A stretch of 63,421 nucleotides of DNA, the filler included, from Licmophora abbreviata (taxonomy: Eukaryota), in the NCBI GenBank assembly GCA_900291995.1. It is 11 parts of 11 records of this genome, joined end to end, with 100 filler letters (N's around TTAATTAATTAA, not from the genome) between each part and the next. Parts side by side here need not be neighbours in the genome. Positions count along the whole stretch, not along the records: positions 43,468 to 51,250 come from OLMU01000220.1; positions 51,351 to 54,544 come from OLMU01000221.1; positions 54,645 to 58,910 come from OLMU01000225.1; positions 59,011 to 61,194 come from OLMU01000227.1; 7 more parts are not named here. One strand, written 5' to 3'. Below the pieces are notes generated by a model. The model saw only the letters and a list, made by a program, of their open reading frames with translations, searched no databases and had not been told where the DNA came from. A program made the translations under genes and the position numbers. Below are positions 50,074 through 61,294 of this stretch, piece after piece (position 1 is the first letter of the stretch; every line of letters begins with the position of its first letter).

Positions 50074-51887
50074 ATGTCCAATCTACTCTGGTTGGGCGTG
50101 ATATTTTCGGCCCTCGCGTTGCAAACATGCAACTGCGCAATCCAGGGACACCTAGCGCCAATGAAAAGTACCAGTAGACGCACGAAGCTGTCTCTGACAC
50201 GGTATCGCTGCATGTCAACCAGAGGTGGTGCACTCGACGACGAGGACTCAACATCGGGAGACGACCAGGAAGAAGGAGACGACGAGGACGAGGAAGAAAG
50301 CTTGCAATACGACGAGGGTGACAGTGCAGTTGTTGAAAGTCCGTTCAGCGTCGCGGACACTTTAGTAGACATGACAAAGCGGACGGTCATCTTGTTGGCA
50401 AAGGCGACAGTCGTCACGGCCAAGGCCATGGCCAGAGCTGTCGTCGCAGGTATCAGTGGCGAGAAGGTTACGGACCAGGATGAGGAAGGCGCTGACGTCT
50501 CGGTATTAAAAAAGATTATGAGGGCGTTCAGTAGAATGTGGACTGCCGCACTGACCCCGTCAGAAGGTACTCTTACGGAGGAATCAGCAATTTTAGACGA
50601 CTCAACTTCGAAAGCAGGTGGCGTCGAGGCAAAATCTCAAAATGAGCCATTGACTCCGACGGATTTTGGGATGTATCTATCCTCGGCCTACCACGTTTCG
50701 GCTGATAGGGAAGAGTCCGCGGTCATCATGGGAGGTACTATTGGTGACGCTCTCCGTGATGCCCGATCCAAAGCTCGGTTGCTGGTTGTCTTCATTCCAT
50801 CATCGCGACCTGCACCAAAAAAGAAGATTACATCGGACCAAGTGGCCATTCGCAGTCTTCTGAGCCGGGACGTTGCACGCGCTTCCAGTCGATCGTCTAG
50901 GAAGAGTGTCGATTATGGGTCGTTTGTCCTGTGGGGTGCAAAGACGGCTTCGCCAGAGGCAATGACAGCAATCAAGAGGTTGAAGGCAAAACAGCCCAGT
51001 GGCAAGAACCAGAGGCGACCGTTCCTCCTCGTCGCCTATCCAGCGCAGGTATGTGTATATATCAAAAGGACACATGTGCTGCTTCTCAATGATGGCGACT
51101 CACTCCTGACCCGGCACACGCGGTCATATATGCGCATTTTAGGTAATTGACTCTTCGGGAAAACCAAAGCTTGTTCCAAAGCTGCTGGCCCAGCACCATT
51201 GTAGTCCGCCGCCCTCAGCCGAATCTATGGGTGCTTGGTTGAACGCACTTNNNNNNNNNNNNNNNNNNNNNNNNNNNNNNNNNNNNNNNNNNNNTTAATT
51301 AATTAANNNNNNNNNNNNNNNNNNNNNNNNNNNNNNNNNNNNNNNNNNNNCACGCAAAGCAGTATGCGTCCATGCACCACGCACTAAAAGAGATGCACTT
51401 GTTCAAAGAACGGACCGAGGGGTATAAGAGTAGCGTCCAGAGTGATGTACAACGACGAGCATCCGAGGAGAAGGCTGAACGGGAACGAGGCGACAGAGAA
51501 AGAGCTGAAAAGGAGCGACGGGAAGCTTTGGAGATGCGAAGAGAGCAATTTCGACAATCACTTCCCGAGGAACCTGGGAAAGAGATTCCTGACGTCATGA
51601 CAATTGCTCTTCGATTCGCAGACGGCCAATCAGGGCAGCGTCGTTTTCTTCCCGATACCCCGATGCAAACCATCTTCAACTGGGTCGACGCGACTTATAA
51701 TATGGAACGCGAGCAAGTTATCCTGACTACAATGAACGGCCAAAGAGCCTTTGAATGGAAAGAGGGCGATTCTATGACCTTAGGCAGCTCTGGTGTGGGT
51801 CGAATGACAGGACTGAGAGTGTCCGAAAAGAAGCTCGAAGTCGGGGAGCCTGATACTGAATCCAACGCGAGCATCGTAAACCAATAA
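50074..51887 (+). CDS. UBX-domain Cdc48 adaptor (UAS-like + coiled coil + UBX) with signal peptide; split by a linker
   Basis: Signal peptide and RGG motif; ALRDARSKARLLVVFI; intron 51049..51142; after the linker LPEEP..IALRFADG..RRF..IFNWVD. Confidence 0.82.
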
Positions 51888-51909
51888 GCAAAACATAGAT
51901 ATGAACCGC

Positions 51910-53235
51910 TCACAATATCTGCGCCCCTACTTTCGCAACTCCTTCTGCTTTCATAAACTCTTCTCGCAGGCTGTAGATATACTGCATTGTCTCGATTTCG
52001 ACAGGCGTCATTGCAATCGTGTTGAAAAAGTCTACATGCAGTACGACTCGCTCCTCTGTTGGGTGTTCATTGAAGGTCTCGTGCTCGTACGTTGTATCAT
52101 ATAGCAGACACTCTCCCGCTTTCCAACGTCTGGTTTCGGGGCCAACTCGAATGTAGGCCGCCTGACCTAAAGATAGGGAGAGAAAACGCGGGTGACGATT
52201 GGATCTTCGACACATTGAACATACTTTGTAAGGCCCAGCCCTGCGCTACCCATTGTTCGTACCTTCTGGAATACTGATACCCATTTGACAAGTCAGCCAC
52301 ATATTATTTCCATCAGTATGGAGGGGAATCCCACTTTGTGGTTGTTGACGATTAAAGCCTGCGATCCGTCCCGCCAAGGGGACCGTCTCGAGTATCTTGG
52401 TTGTAACGGGACACAAATGGTAAGGAAAGTCAGGGATCCGATGCCCATTGTAAAAGAGAACCAAAGTCTTCCAACCGCTATCGTAGTTCATGCTTGTCAC
52501 AGATTGAAATCGGTCTTTGCCGCTGCCTTCGATATCCTCAACGAGGGCTTCGTACTCACTCCTAATTGTCTCATAGTTTTCGGACAATAGTTTACACAAT
52601 GGGAGCTGGTCGGGGTCGTGAAACGGCTCAGTAGAACGAAGACCTGGCATATAAGCATGAATCTCGTCTTCCGGACGATATGGGTCGTTGACGATTGCAT
52701 CTTCGAGCGGCAAGTCGCGGTCGAGGGTATGCCTCACGAATCCGGCAATCCGCTCAAACTGTTCATCTGGCACGTTCGGGAACCGGGAGCTGATTAGGGA
52801 CGGCATGAGCTCCCAAAATGGATCGGCGTCTGGGGACCCCGACAGAGGGGAGGACATCACAGCCTGTCCTATACGTGTTTTAGATGAGGCAGTCGCCAGG
52901 GATTGGAGTAGATCTTCCTGCTCGGTCTTGACAAAAGGTCGGTTCGCTGATGTCGATTGTTTCTTTTTGGATGGCGCGTCTTCCAGTTTATCTTTTAACG
53001 TTCGACCCTTTCGATTTTTTCCCGAACGTGGCGACTTGGATGCCTTGTATCCAAATCCCCCACTGCTTCCGAATCCCTTCTGAGCAGCATCGATTCTCGT
53101 AGGGGTACCGGTATCGACAGGTGGATGGATTCGAGGAATCATGTTTTTCCGTGATGGTGTCACAGGGACGAAACACTCAGATTCATCCACGAGAAACGCC
53201 AAAAAGAAAAGACAAAGGGTTCGGAGTACTCTCAT
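51910..53235 (-). CDS. Aspartyl/asparaginyl beta-hydroxylase-domain protein, probably plastid-targeted
   Basis: SEC-FVP presequence; IPLHTDG, WKAGECLLYDTTYEHETFN, RVVLHVDF; intron 52167..52262. Confidence 0.88.
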
Positions 53236-53578
53236 TGTAGGTACTGTACGTGGCGGCGCTTTGGCGTAGCGGCGTTGATGGTCGATCTGTCAGCTTGAGC
53301 GTCCAGGCGGTGACATGCCCATGGTGATGATGATGATGTTGGCGTCCTCCGTGCGAACAAGATCGACGCACGGACGCTGATGCCGTCGTGGGTACCGAAT
53401 CAATCCCCTCGTATAGTATCATCATAAGCCGTTCCAAGCTCATCAAAGTAGACTTTCGTATCTTTATCATTATAATAACAGTTTAAAAAGTACACCACAA
53501 GACCAGCGATTGTTCGAATGACAAGACACCATATTCTCTACTTTCATCCGTCTAGTCCATGTAGCTATTACTGTACCC

Positions 53579-54373
53579 TCATAGTTCGTCCTGCAGCGAA
53601 CCAGAACTCTCTTCGTCGACCGCAGATGGGACAACGGATAGCTCTAACACAGACGAGCCAGTCATTTCCAGCAACGTGTCGTCCATGCCGAGAAGTTCCG
53701 TCGCCGTTGGCTCCGCCGTAGCCAAGCACGTCACCGTATACTGGCCTCCTGGTTCCGGTGTCGGAAGGGACGTCCAACCATCCAGTTCCAACGGTATCGA
53801 CAGGATATGGAAACCTTCACTCATGGGCGAGTTTTCCTCCATTTGTGGCAAGAGCAAACTAAATGATTCCATGGCCTGCTTCATGCCCGCCACGGCATCT
53901 GACCTCTTTCTCGTCGGTAGTAACTCGTTGTGCATACCGTCTACCGTTACATCACTGGTAGTCACAAACATTTCGATACGAAAAATCGGTTCCACGGCAA
54001 ACGAAAAAGACGTCCATTGCCTTGCCAGGGGACAGATTTCCTTTGATATTTCATCATTGCCTGTCATGTTTCGCAATTGCAAGCCGGACATGAGATAGGC
54101 CGGAGAGCCACTCTTGATGAGCACGTCTAGACACGGCCGTACCTGCCAGACATCACCAGAAGACCATTCCAGCTCGTTCCCAGTGGAGCAAGAGCGAGAC
54201 ATTACTTGCCCCTCGGAACCAACAATCCATCTTTGAAAGCTGTCGACGTACGACACGGGCAGCGACTGCGTCATGCCCCCCTGCAGCCCGACAATGGTTA
54301 CAGTCGACGCCGACATGCTATTGCTCATCGCCACCGCCGTCTGCAGCAGAATCAAGCCAGAAAGAAGAATCAT
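53579..54373 (-). CDS. Hypothetical protein with signal peptide
   Basis: 264-aa ATG ORF with a hydrophobic N-terminus; no recognised motif. Confidence 0.6.
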   Translation of the reverse strand: MILLSGLILLQTAVAMSNSMSASTVTIVGLQGGMTQSLPVSYVDSFQRWIVGSEGQVMSRSCSTGNELEWSSGDVWQVRPCLDVLIKSGSPAYLMSGLQLRNMTGNDEISKEICPLARQWTSFSFAVEPIFRIEMFVTTSDVTVDGMHNELLPTRKRSDAVAGMKQAMESFSLLLPQMEENSPMSEGFHILSIPLELDGWTSLPTPEPGGQYTVTCLATAEPTATELLGMDDTLLEMTGSSVLELSVVPSAVDEESSGSLQDEL

Positions 54374-55228
54374 TCTTCAATCAGCACACAATCTAAGAAG
54401 CGCCGCATGTAAGATGGGTGACGGCTCGTGAACCCACCGCAATCATGCGATCGTCCATCATCGTCGTCTCATCGTGATGAGGTCTTCATCACAGGTCTTT
54501 CTTTGTCCAGGAATTTGGAATTTGAAACCGCGACGGAGTAATAANNNNNNNNNNNNNNNNNNNNNNNNNNNNNNNNNNNNNNNNNNNNTTAATTAATTAA
54601 NNNNNNNNNNNNNNNNNNNNNNNNNNNNNNNNNNNNNNNNNNNNTTCGCTTGACCGCGGCATTTCCTTAGGTTGCGAATTGCCAACGACTGCGTACCGTA
54701 TACGCACACTACTGGTAGCGGAGATCCGTTTGTGATTTTTTAAGATGCTACTATCTCTAGTTTACTACCGGTTGTGTTGCAGTACTCTACAACAGGGCGA
54801 AGAAATAATTTGGAATGCCCGAACGAATAGCGTTACGAGCAGTCTACCTGGTACCGGTATGATACTGCTTTCAATTTCCCTTCCCATCTCACCTTGACAG
54901 CGGGCTTCTATAGTTAATACCATGGGACTGAATGAATCATTCAAGTCTCAACCAACTTCAATAGACACAGCTGTGGACATGAGTTTGAAGTTCTATTGGC
55001 GTCAGCGCATCCCAATTCGAAGCCGAAATGTCTCATGCGGTACTCAGTATTTAAGACATGCTTGAAGTGTCCATCTGACCTGTCGTGTTGAACTTCAATG
55101 TGGCCCGTTCGATTCTACATGTGGTACCGACAGCGCATCGATTCAGAAGGGACTTCTATTTCTACATGGTCACAAAATTCCAATAAGAGAGTTCAGTTTG
55201 CCTGCTGCCTTCAGTTTGAGGAGAAAGA

Positions 55229-56524
55229 ATGCTGGACATGAATGTAAACATCGATCATAGTTCGGAAGAGCACGCCGCAGCTTCTGCTGTGGCCTCCTTG
55301 AGCGGCTGGAAACGCGAACGCGATGCTGCCGATGTGGCGGGAGGCTTGAACGTCCACAAGATGGCGCGTGTTGAAGATGCAACGGGAAAACATTCCAATA
55401 CCTCCTCCCTGTTGCTTGGCCGCGTCAACCCATCAGAATTAACAACCAGTCAGCCCTGTCCCCAGGGGCGTGAGCCTTTCTTTCAATACACGGATTACTC
55501 CCGAGAGATCGACCCCGACCCTCTCACCCCGTTGACAGCACCTGGACGTGTTCCGAACTTCCCAGCCAAAATGTATGCAATACTCAGTCGCCCAGATCTT
55601 TCCGATGTTGTCTCTTGGATGCCACACGGGCGCTCCTGGCGCGTTCTGAAGCCTCGCGAGTTCGAAATGCAGGTAATTCCTCGATACTTTGAGCATTCAA
55701 AGTTCTCCTCGTTCATTCGGCAAGCCAACGGATGGGGCTTCCGACGAATCACGCAAGGACGGGACCGAAACAGCTATTATCATCCTCTTTTCCTTCGCGG
55801 TCTCCCTCACTTGTGTAAGAAAATGAAGCGGCCCGGTGTCTCTGAGAAAGCGTCCGTCGATCCTGATCACGAACCTAACTTTTACCAGATGAGTGAAGTC
55901 CATCCGCTCCCCGAAAAAGCCACCGACGATTCAATCATGTTGCAGTGCACTGTGCAAGGCGGTCCAAAAGCACGCATGCCTGTCTATACCGGCTCCCTCA
56001 CCACAACGGAGAATGTTCCTGACCCGATCACCCCTGGCGTCGCCGCCAACACGCCTCTAAGTATTGGCAATGAGGCCCAGATGACTTTCCCGTCGTTCCG
56101 TCAACGTCTTGGAGCTTCCGACAACGACGTGCGCTTGGACAGCGCTCAAGGACGAGCTATTCCCAACTGTCAACAACCTCTGGCGAGCAGCATGTTCTTG
56201 CCTAATGTATCCTTCTTGAGAAGTCCTGTCACGACCTTAAGGCCGACGTCGTCTCTCCCAAACGACGCTCATGGTGCAGGCCTGACCACCTCTGACTATC
56301 TTGCGTTTGCTCTGCAGTCCGCTACCCCCATACCAACCTGCTCTGCGGCTCAAGCGGCAGCGTCGCAATTCGCCGCCGGCTTCGCTGCTGCCACGGCGCT
56401 CAGCTCCACTCCGGCAGTGCAACAACTGTTGGCAATGCAAGTTTCCCCAGGGCCAATACGCCGTTCGCGACCAATCGGGAATTGCAACGGAGCTAGCAAG
56501 GGGATCATGCATGCTTGTAAATAA
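55229..56524 (+). CDS. Heat shock transcription factor (HSF DNA-binding domain)
   Basis: FPAKMYAIL, SWMPHGRSW, YFEHSKFSSFIRQANGWGFRR, YYHPLFLRG. Confidence 0.93.
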   Translation: MLDMNVNIDHSSEEHAAASAVASLSGWKRERDAADVAGGLNVHKMARVEDATGKHSNTSSLLLGRVNPSELTTSQPCPQGREPFFQYTDYSREIDPDPLTPLTAPGRVPNFPAKMYAILSRPDLSDVVSWMPHGRSWRVLKPREFEMQVIPRYFEHSKFSSFIRQANGWGFRRITQGRDRNSYYHPLFLRGLPHLCKKMKRPGVSEKASVDPDHEPNFYQMSEVHPLPEKATDDSIMLQCTVQGGPKARMPVYTGSLTTTENVPDPITPGVAANTPLSIGNEAQMTFPSFRQRLGASDNDVRLDSAQGRAIPNCQQPLASSMFLPNVSFLRSPVTTLRPTSSLPNDAHGAGLTTSDYLAFALQSATPIPTCSAAQAAASQFAAGFAAATALSSTPAVQQLLAMQVSPGPIRRSRPIGNCNGASKGIMHACK

Positions 56525-57029
56525 TACTGCTACGATAAAGAATACTTCATGTACGTTTTCTTGCTAGCGCGTAGCATTCTAGCTACTCGTAGACGGATTA
56601 CGGAGAGCATTGCCCAATCTGCGGTATCCTGAGAGGAGATCACGGTGCACAGGATAAATCTAGATTTACCTTGGCACTTAAAAAACTGTCTCGATTCACT
56701 CATACTTTGAACTTGGTCGACAGCAGGCTCCTGTGGTACCGTAAGATGCAACTTGTATCATACTACTGGGACACCTGTAAGCGAGGATGGCACCGGATGG
56801 CTCGAGGCACGGCTCACTTAGACACTATGACATTGGCACGTCATCATGGTTAAGTAGGTGCCGCCTTTGAGTCTGACGCACTCAACAGTTGGCCAACATC
56901 CCACATTTTTGACACCCAGGGTGGCTAAGCGCAAATCAAATGGCGTGGATCCATTTTCGGCGGCATACCGTTGTCGCAGAAACAACCACACAGCCAGCTT
57001 GGGGAGGAGTAGCATTGATCGTCAGGAGT

Positions 57030-57687
57030 GATGATGTGCCAGAATTTTGCTCACTCGACGTTGGCGTGCAGCGGAACACGGACTGCAAGCAAGCAATCGA
57101 TGCACTCGTTAATACCTAGTTCCTCGGTATCATCGCTGTGGTCAACTCCTTCACGTTCCAAACACAATGAACAGAAGAAGAGCTGCTCTCGTTACGACGA
57201 GATCACCCGGGCTTCCGCGTTGGGAGAATTGTCTCGCCTGAACAGCGGCGTGTCGTCACTGTCTACACCAAGAGAGTCCACGAGCACTACCGACACAAAT
57301 AGAACAGCACCGCCAGCCTTCCTATCTCGTGTTATTTTCGCGTTACTTTCAACTCATCTGCTTGGAATTATCGAAATGACACAAAATATTTTGCAGCAGC
57401 ATGCGCAACGCTTTCCATCCCTCATGAAGCTTCAATTTATTCGTGTCCTGGTCGGCCACGAAGAAGATGCGGTGGTTGACTTCTCTACGTCAATGGAGGG
57501 GCACATATCCTTGCTTTCAAAAGGGCTACACCGCATCAATGAGACCTTCAATTATGGAAGCCACCGAAACGAGATCTCAGACAGCGACGTGCTTTCTCCT
57601 GCACGAGTGACATTCAGGTCGCCCTCACACGAGCATTCCCATGATGAGTGGGGTCATTTTGCCGACTTTGACGAAGAGGCATCCTAA
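57030..57687 (+). CDS. Hypothetical protein ending in DEWGHFADFDEE
   Basis: About 219-aa Ser-rich ORF; true start and exon structure uncertain. Confidence 0.35.
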
Positions 57688-58683
57688 CGACTGACCGGGG
57701 CGATTGGAAATTGAAAGAGTTGGGATGAGTCAGCTGCTTAAAGGGACTTTGGAAGGAAAGATGCGGTGGGAACCGCAAATACGGTGATCGATAGAAGCAC
57801 GATGTGTGATGCTAGCTATAACACTGTGCCCGGAGTAGGAATGAAAGTCCTTAACCTGAAGAACTGTAATGTAAAATAATCGTTTGGGTCATTTACAAGT
57901 GATAAAGTTCTTCTAGGAAGCGGTAACAGTACCTCGCAAATTCGGCTCTGGGACGCAGCGGCAGTCAGCACACGAGAAGTGGTACCACGTAAGACCGCCC
58001 TGATATTGGCATTTTGAACCTTCACATCCTCTCTGTGACTGCCAGCTGCACATGCACTCTAAAGTGAGAGAAAAGAAGGAAAGATGCGAACATCAATATG
58101 CGTGAGTGTTGCGTGAACCCCATTCTTGCCGGCGACACGAGCAGCCTACATTAACTCACCTCCAGTGGTTTCGGTGATACTTCCTGTCTCCTGTGAGCAA
58201 AACTGGAACGAGTAGGGAAAGACAAACGTTGAGCATGAGCATATCTGTGAATAGAAACAGTAGTTCCGCCCCATGTCCTGCCGCAATCGAACTCACACCA
58301 TCGGGAAGCTCGGGAGCAGTGTCCGGGGCGTGGTTGGCGCTTGCGCCGAACACGAGGAAGGCCATCGCGCACACAAGGACTAAAACGCGAATCATGATGG
58401 TGACTTTGGAAGGAGCAAGATGCATGGACAGTTCCAAGAGGCTTGACAGTGAGCCAAACAGGCAACTTGAAACTATGGTGGCCGTCACCACGGGGGCGTA
58501 ATCGGCTGGTCGCGACCGGCCCTCGACGGTGAAAAGAAACGAAGTTGTGATGTCGGTTCGTGACTGAAAAAGCGCGCGAAGGAGAATGAGAAAGTCAAAA
58601 GTGTCGTTTGAAACGTTTTGGGAGCGCGCGCGTACCTCGAGCATTCCAAGTTTGGAACGGGTGCCCGCTCGAAGCGAGACCCG

Positions 58684-58910
58684 ACATTCTGTGTCACCCG
58701 GGCGAGAATCGCACGGAACAATCTATCAGACAACATTTCTGGTGGAAAAATTTACGCGCGGACGTGCACGCAGAGTGCTCAACGTGTGCCACGTGTCAGA
58801 AATCGAAACGATCCTATACGAAATATGGCAAACTACCGGAAAAGGAAGCAGAAGCTGAACCCTGGGAACGCTTATGTGTAGACTTGATAGGTCCATACAC
58901 TCTTAAGTCG
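58684..58910 (+). mobile_element. Ty3/Gypsy LTR retrotransposon integrase fragment
   Basis: HILCHPGENRTEQSIRQHFWW..CSTCATCQK (zinc-binding region) followed by PWERLCVDLIGP (start of the catalytic core). Confidence 0.88.
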
Positions 58911-59022
58911 NNNNNNNNNNNNNNNNNNNNNNNNNNNNNNNNNNNNNNNNNNNNTTAATTAATTAANNNNNNNNNNNNNNNNNNNNNNNNNNNNNNNNNN
59001 NNNNNNNNNNGCCATGGGTCAT

Positions 59023-59046
59023 GACGACGACGACGACGACGACGAC
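59023..59046 (+). repeat. (GAC)8 microsatellite
   Basis: Read directly. Confidence 0.9.
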
Positions 59047-59505
59047 GTACTCCTTCGGGAAGCTTAGGCGATTTCGACGGAGCCTGCATTGCCATGGCGC
59101 ACAGTGGGAACAAGAATAGACCCCGGACAAGAAGCATATTGTGCATAAAGACGACGACAGAGCGGAGACTGAGTGGAAATCGTTTGTCATTGAAATCGTC
59201 GTCGATCACATCTCTTGCGCATACTGCTGACGGCAGGACGGGATCATTGAATTGAATGAATCCTGAAAAGAAACTGGAACTCGCCGCACGGACCGTGCGC
59301 TCATCACGTCATAACCATATCATAGGAATTCCACACGTTGAACGCGTCGCATCCTCATCCATCACTGCGATGGACGCATCATAAAATATGATACTCTGTA
59401 TGACAGTACATCATTAGCAAAAATTCAAAGAAGCACAGAGTCGAGAAAGGGCGATCTTCAATCAATTGATTGCATGCATACGGGATAGTCCAGGGGGCAT
59501 CTGGC

Positions 59506-61194
59506 ATGAGAAATCGTCGGCCGAGTAGACGAAGCGCGCAGGAGATCCCGACCCACAATAACTCGTACACATCGCTCATCTGGCTTGTATTTGTGTTGAT
59601 AGATCAAGTCATGTATTCGAGGGGCTTTCAACAAGCTTCCTTGAAGAGTGTGCATCGGTCTATGCATGTATCGTGTACTTCCCGCTTGCTAGTTAGGAGA
59701 AGAAGTGATTCTCCTCGCTACTTGGAGAACGAGGACGAGATCAACCGATCCGATTCCCTTGATGACTTGATGGGTGAGGTGGATACCCTTTTGTCAGACC
59801 TACCGAGAAATACAAAGACTGATAGCGCGTGGAGGACAATTAACTGGAACACTGCGTCGTCGTCTGCCCCAACTAACTTTCCTCCAAGTTCATTCGACAT
59901 TGCCAACAAGGAAGACTTGCGACACACTCCCTGCAGTGTTCTACCATCTCCGGTCGAACATGTCTTGATTCGGGATCGCCTTGTATATATCAAACGGGAT
60001 GATTTATTGCGTCTCAAAGGTTCCAATGTAAGCGGCAACAAGGCTAGAAAGATGTTTGCGTTGAACAACCTGAGTGCTACCGACTTTCCAGACTGTGTCG
60101 TTAGCTACGGCGGTCCTCAAAGCAACGCCATGCTTGCGCTGGCGGCCATTGTGCACTCGAAAAATGTTGAGTTGGATGCCGCTTCTTCCGTCGATTCCAT
60201 TGGCGACGATGCTCTCATTGTGGACGAAATCGACCAGCTGGATGCCCCGGAGGCCGAGTCATCGAGTGATACAAGCGATGTAGCTGCAGGAGTCAAGCAT
60301 GTGTCCGATGCGACGAAGAATTCACAACCATCCAGTTTGAGGCGGAGGAGATTCGTGTATTACACCAAGCGATTGCCGCGCTTTCTTCGTAATCAACCTA
60401 ATGGTAACTTGTTCCGAGCGAAAGCGCTGGGTATGGAGATGGTTGAGCTTTCACACGAGGCATACAGCAAACTGTTCGGATCCGAAAACGGCGGTCGGCA
60501 AGAACCTCCGCATGACCTCGAACCACCAGTCCCTGGAAATAGTCTATGGGTGAGAACTATGGTCGAGAGTGAAAATCAGTTTGATGATCTGTGAATGATT
60601 GAAGTCTAATTATTTGTTTCCCTCTGTTATCGTCAGGTACCGCAAGGGGGAGCTTGTGGTGTAGCTCTTGCTGGTGGGCGCATGCTGGCTCAAGAGGTCG
60701 TCTCGTTTTGGGCTATACATGGGCATGGGAGACCACTCTCGGTTTGTCTTCCTGGTGGCACATGCTCCACGGCTCTTCTCCTTCATAGAGAGATTCGCGC
60801 AATCATCTCCGAGAGAATGCTCAATTCTTCGATTGACATTCGAGTCGTCGTGATCCCTTGCGTAGGTGACGATGCATACGCTCGGCGCCAGATGATAGCC
60901 CTGAACAGTGCGACAGGAGGCGGGATCGATGGTGGTCAGGAGGATATACCATCAATTCTTCCACCTTCGCCATGTGCAGAGTTTTCCGGCTATTCACGAA
61001 CGCGACAGCTGGGATATTTCAACTTCGGCGAACCAGCTCCTGAGATTCTACGCACGTTTCGTGAGCTCGAGGAGGAATACGACCTGTCTGTCGATCTTCT
61101 CTATGGCGCCCCATCATGGACTTTACTCTTGCAGCACTGGCGAACCGATGGCACGTCTTCTCAGTTTGACGACACGAATCCTCTGGCAGGACGC
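59506..61194 (+). CDS. PLP-dependent ACC deaminase / D-cysteine desulfhydrase-like enzyme (3' end truncated by linker; start codon uncertain)
   Basis: YIKRDDLL..SGNKARK, SYGGPQSNAM, VPQGG, PGGTCSTA, DLLYGA; intron 60550..60636. Confidence 0.85.
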
Positions 61195-61294
61195 NNNNNN
61201 NNNNNNNNNNNNNNNNNNNNNNNNNNNNNNNNNNNNNNTTAATTAATTAANNNNNNNNNNNNNNNNNNNNNNNNNNNNNNNNNNNNNNNNNNNN

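Noticed and set aside
30575..53235. Functional cluster of plastid-related genes (ThrRS, NNT, Tic22, PRK, UBX, beta-hydroxylase)
   Set aside because: They are interspersed with unrelated genes and separated by linkers; plastid-targeted genes are common in such genomes.
57816..58400. Possible spliced secreted protein on the minus strand (MIRVLVLVCAMAF...)
   Set aside because: A signal-like start and a GTGAGT donor exist, but no convincing downstream exon or family motif.
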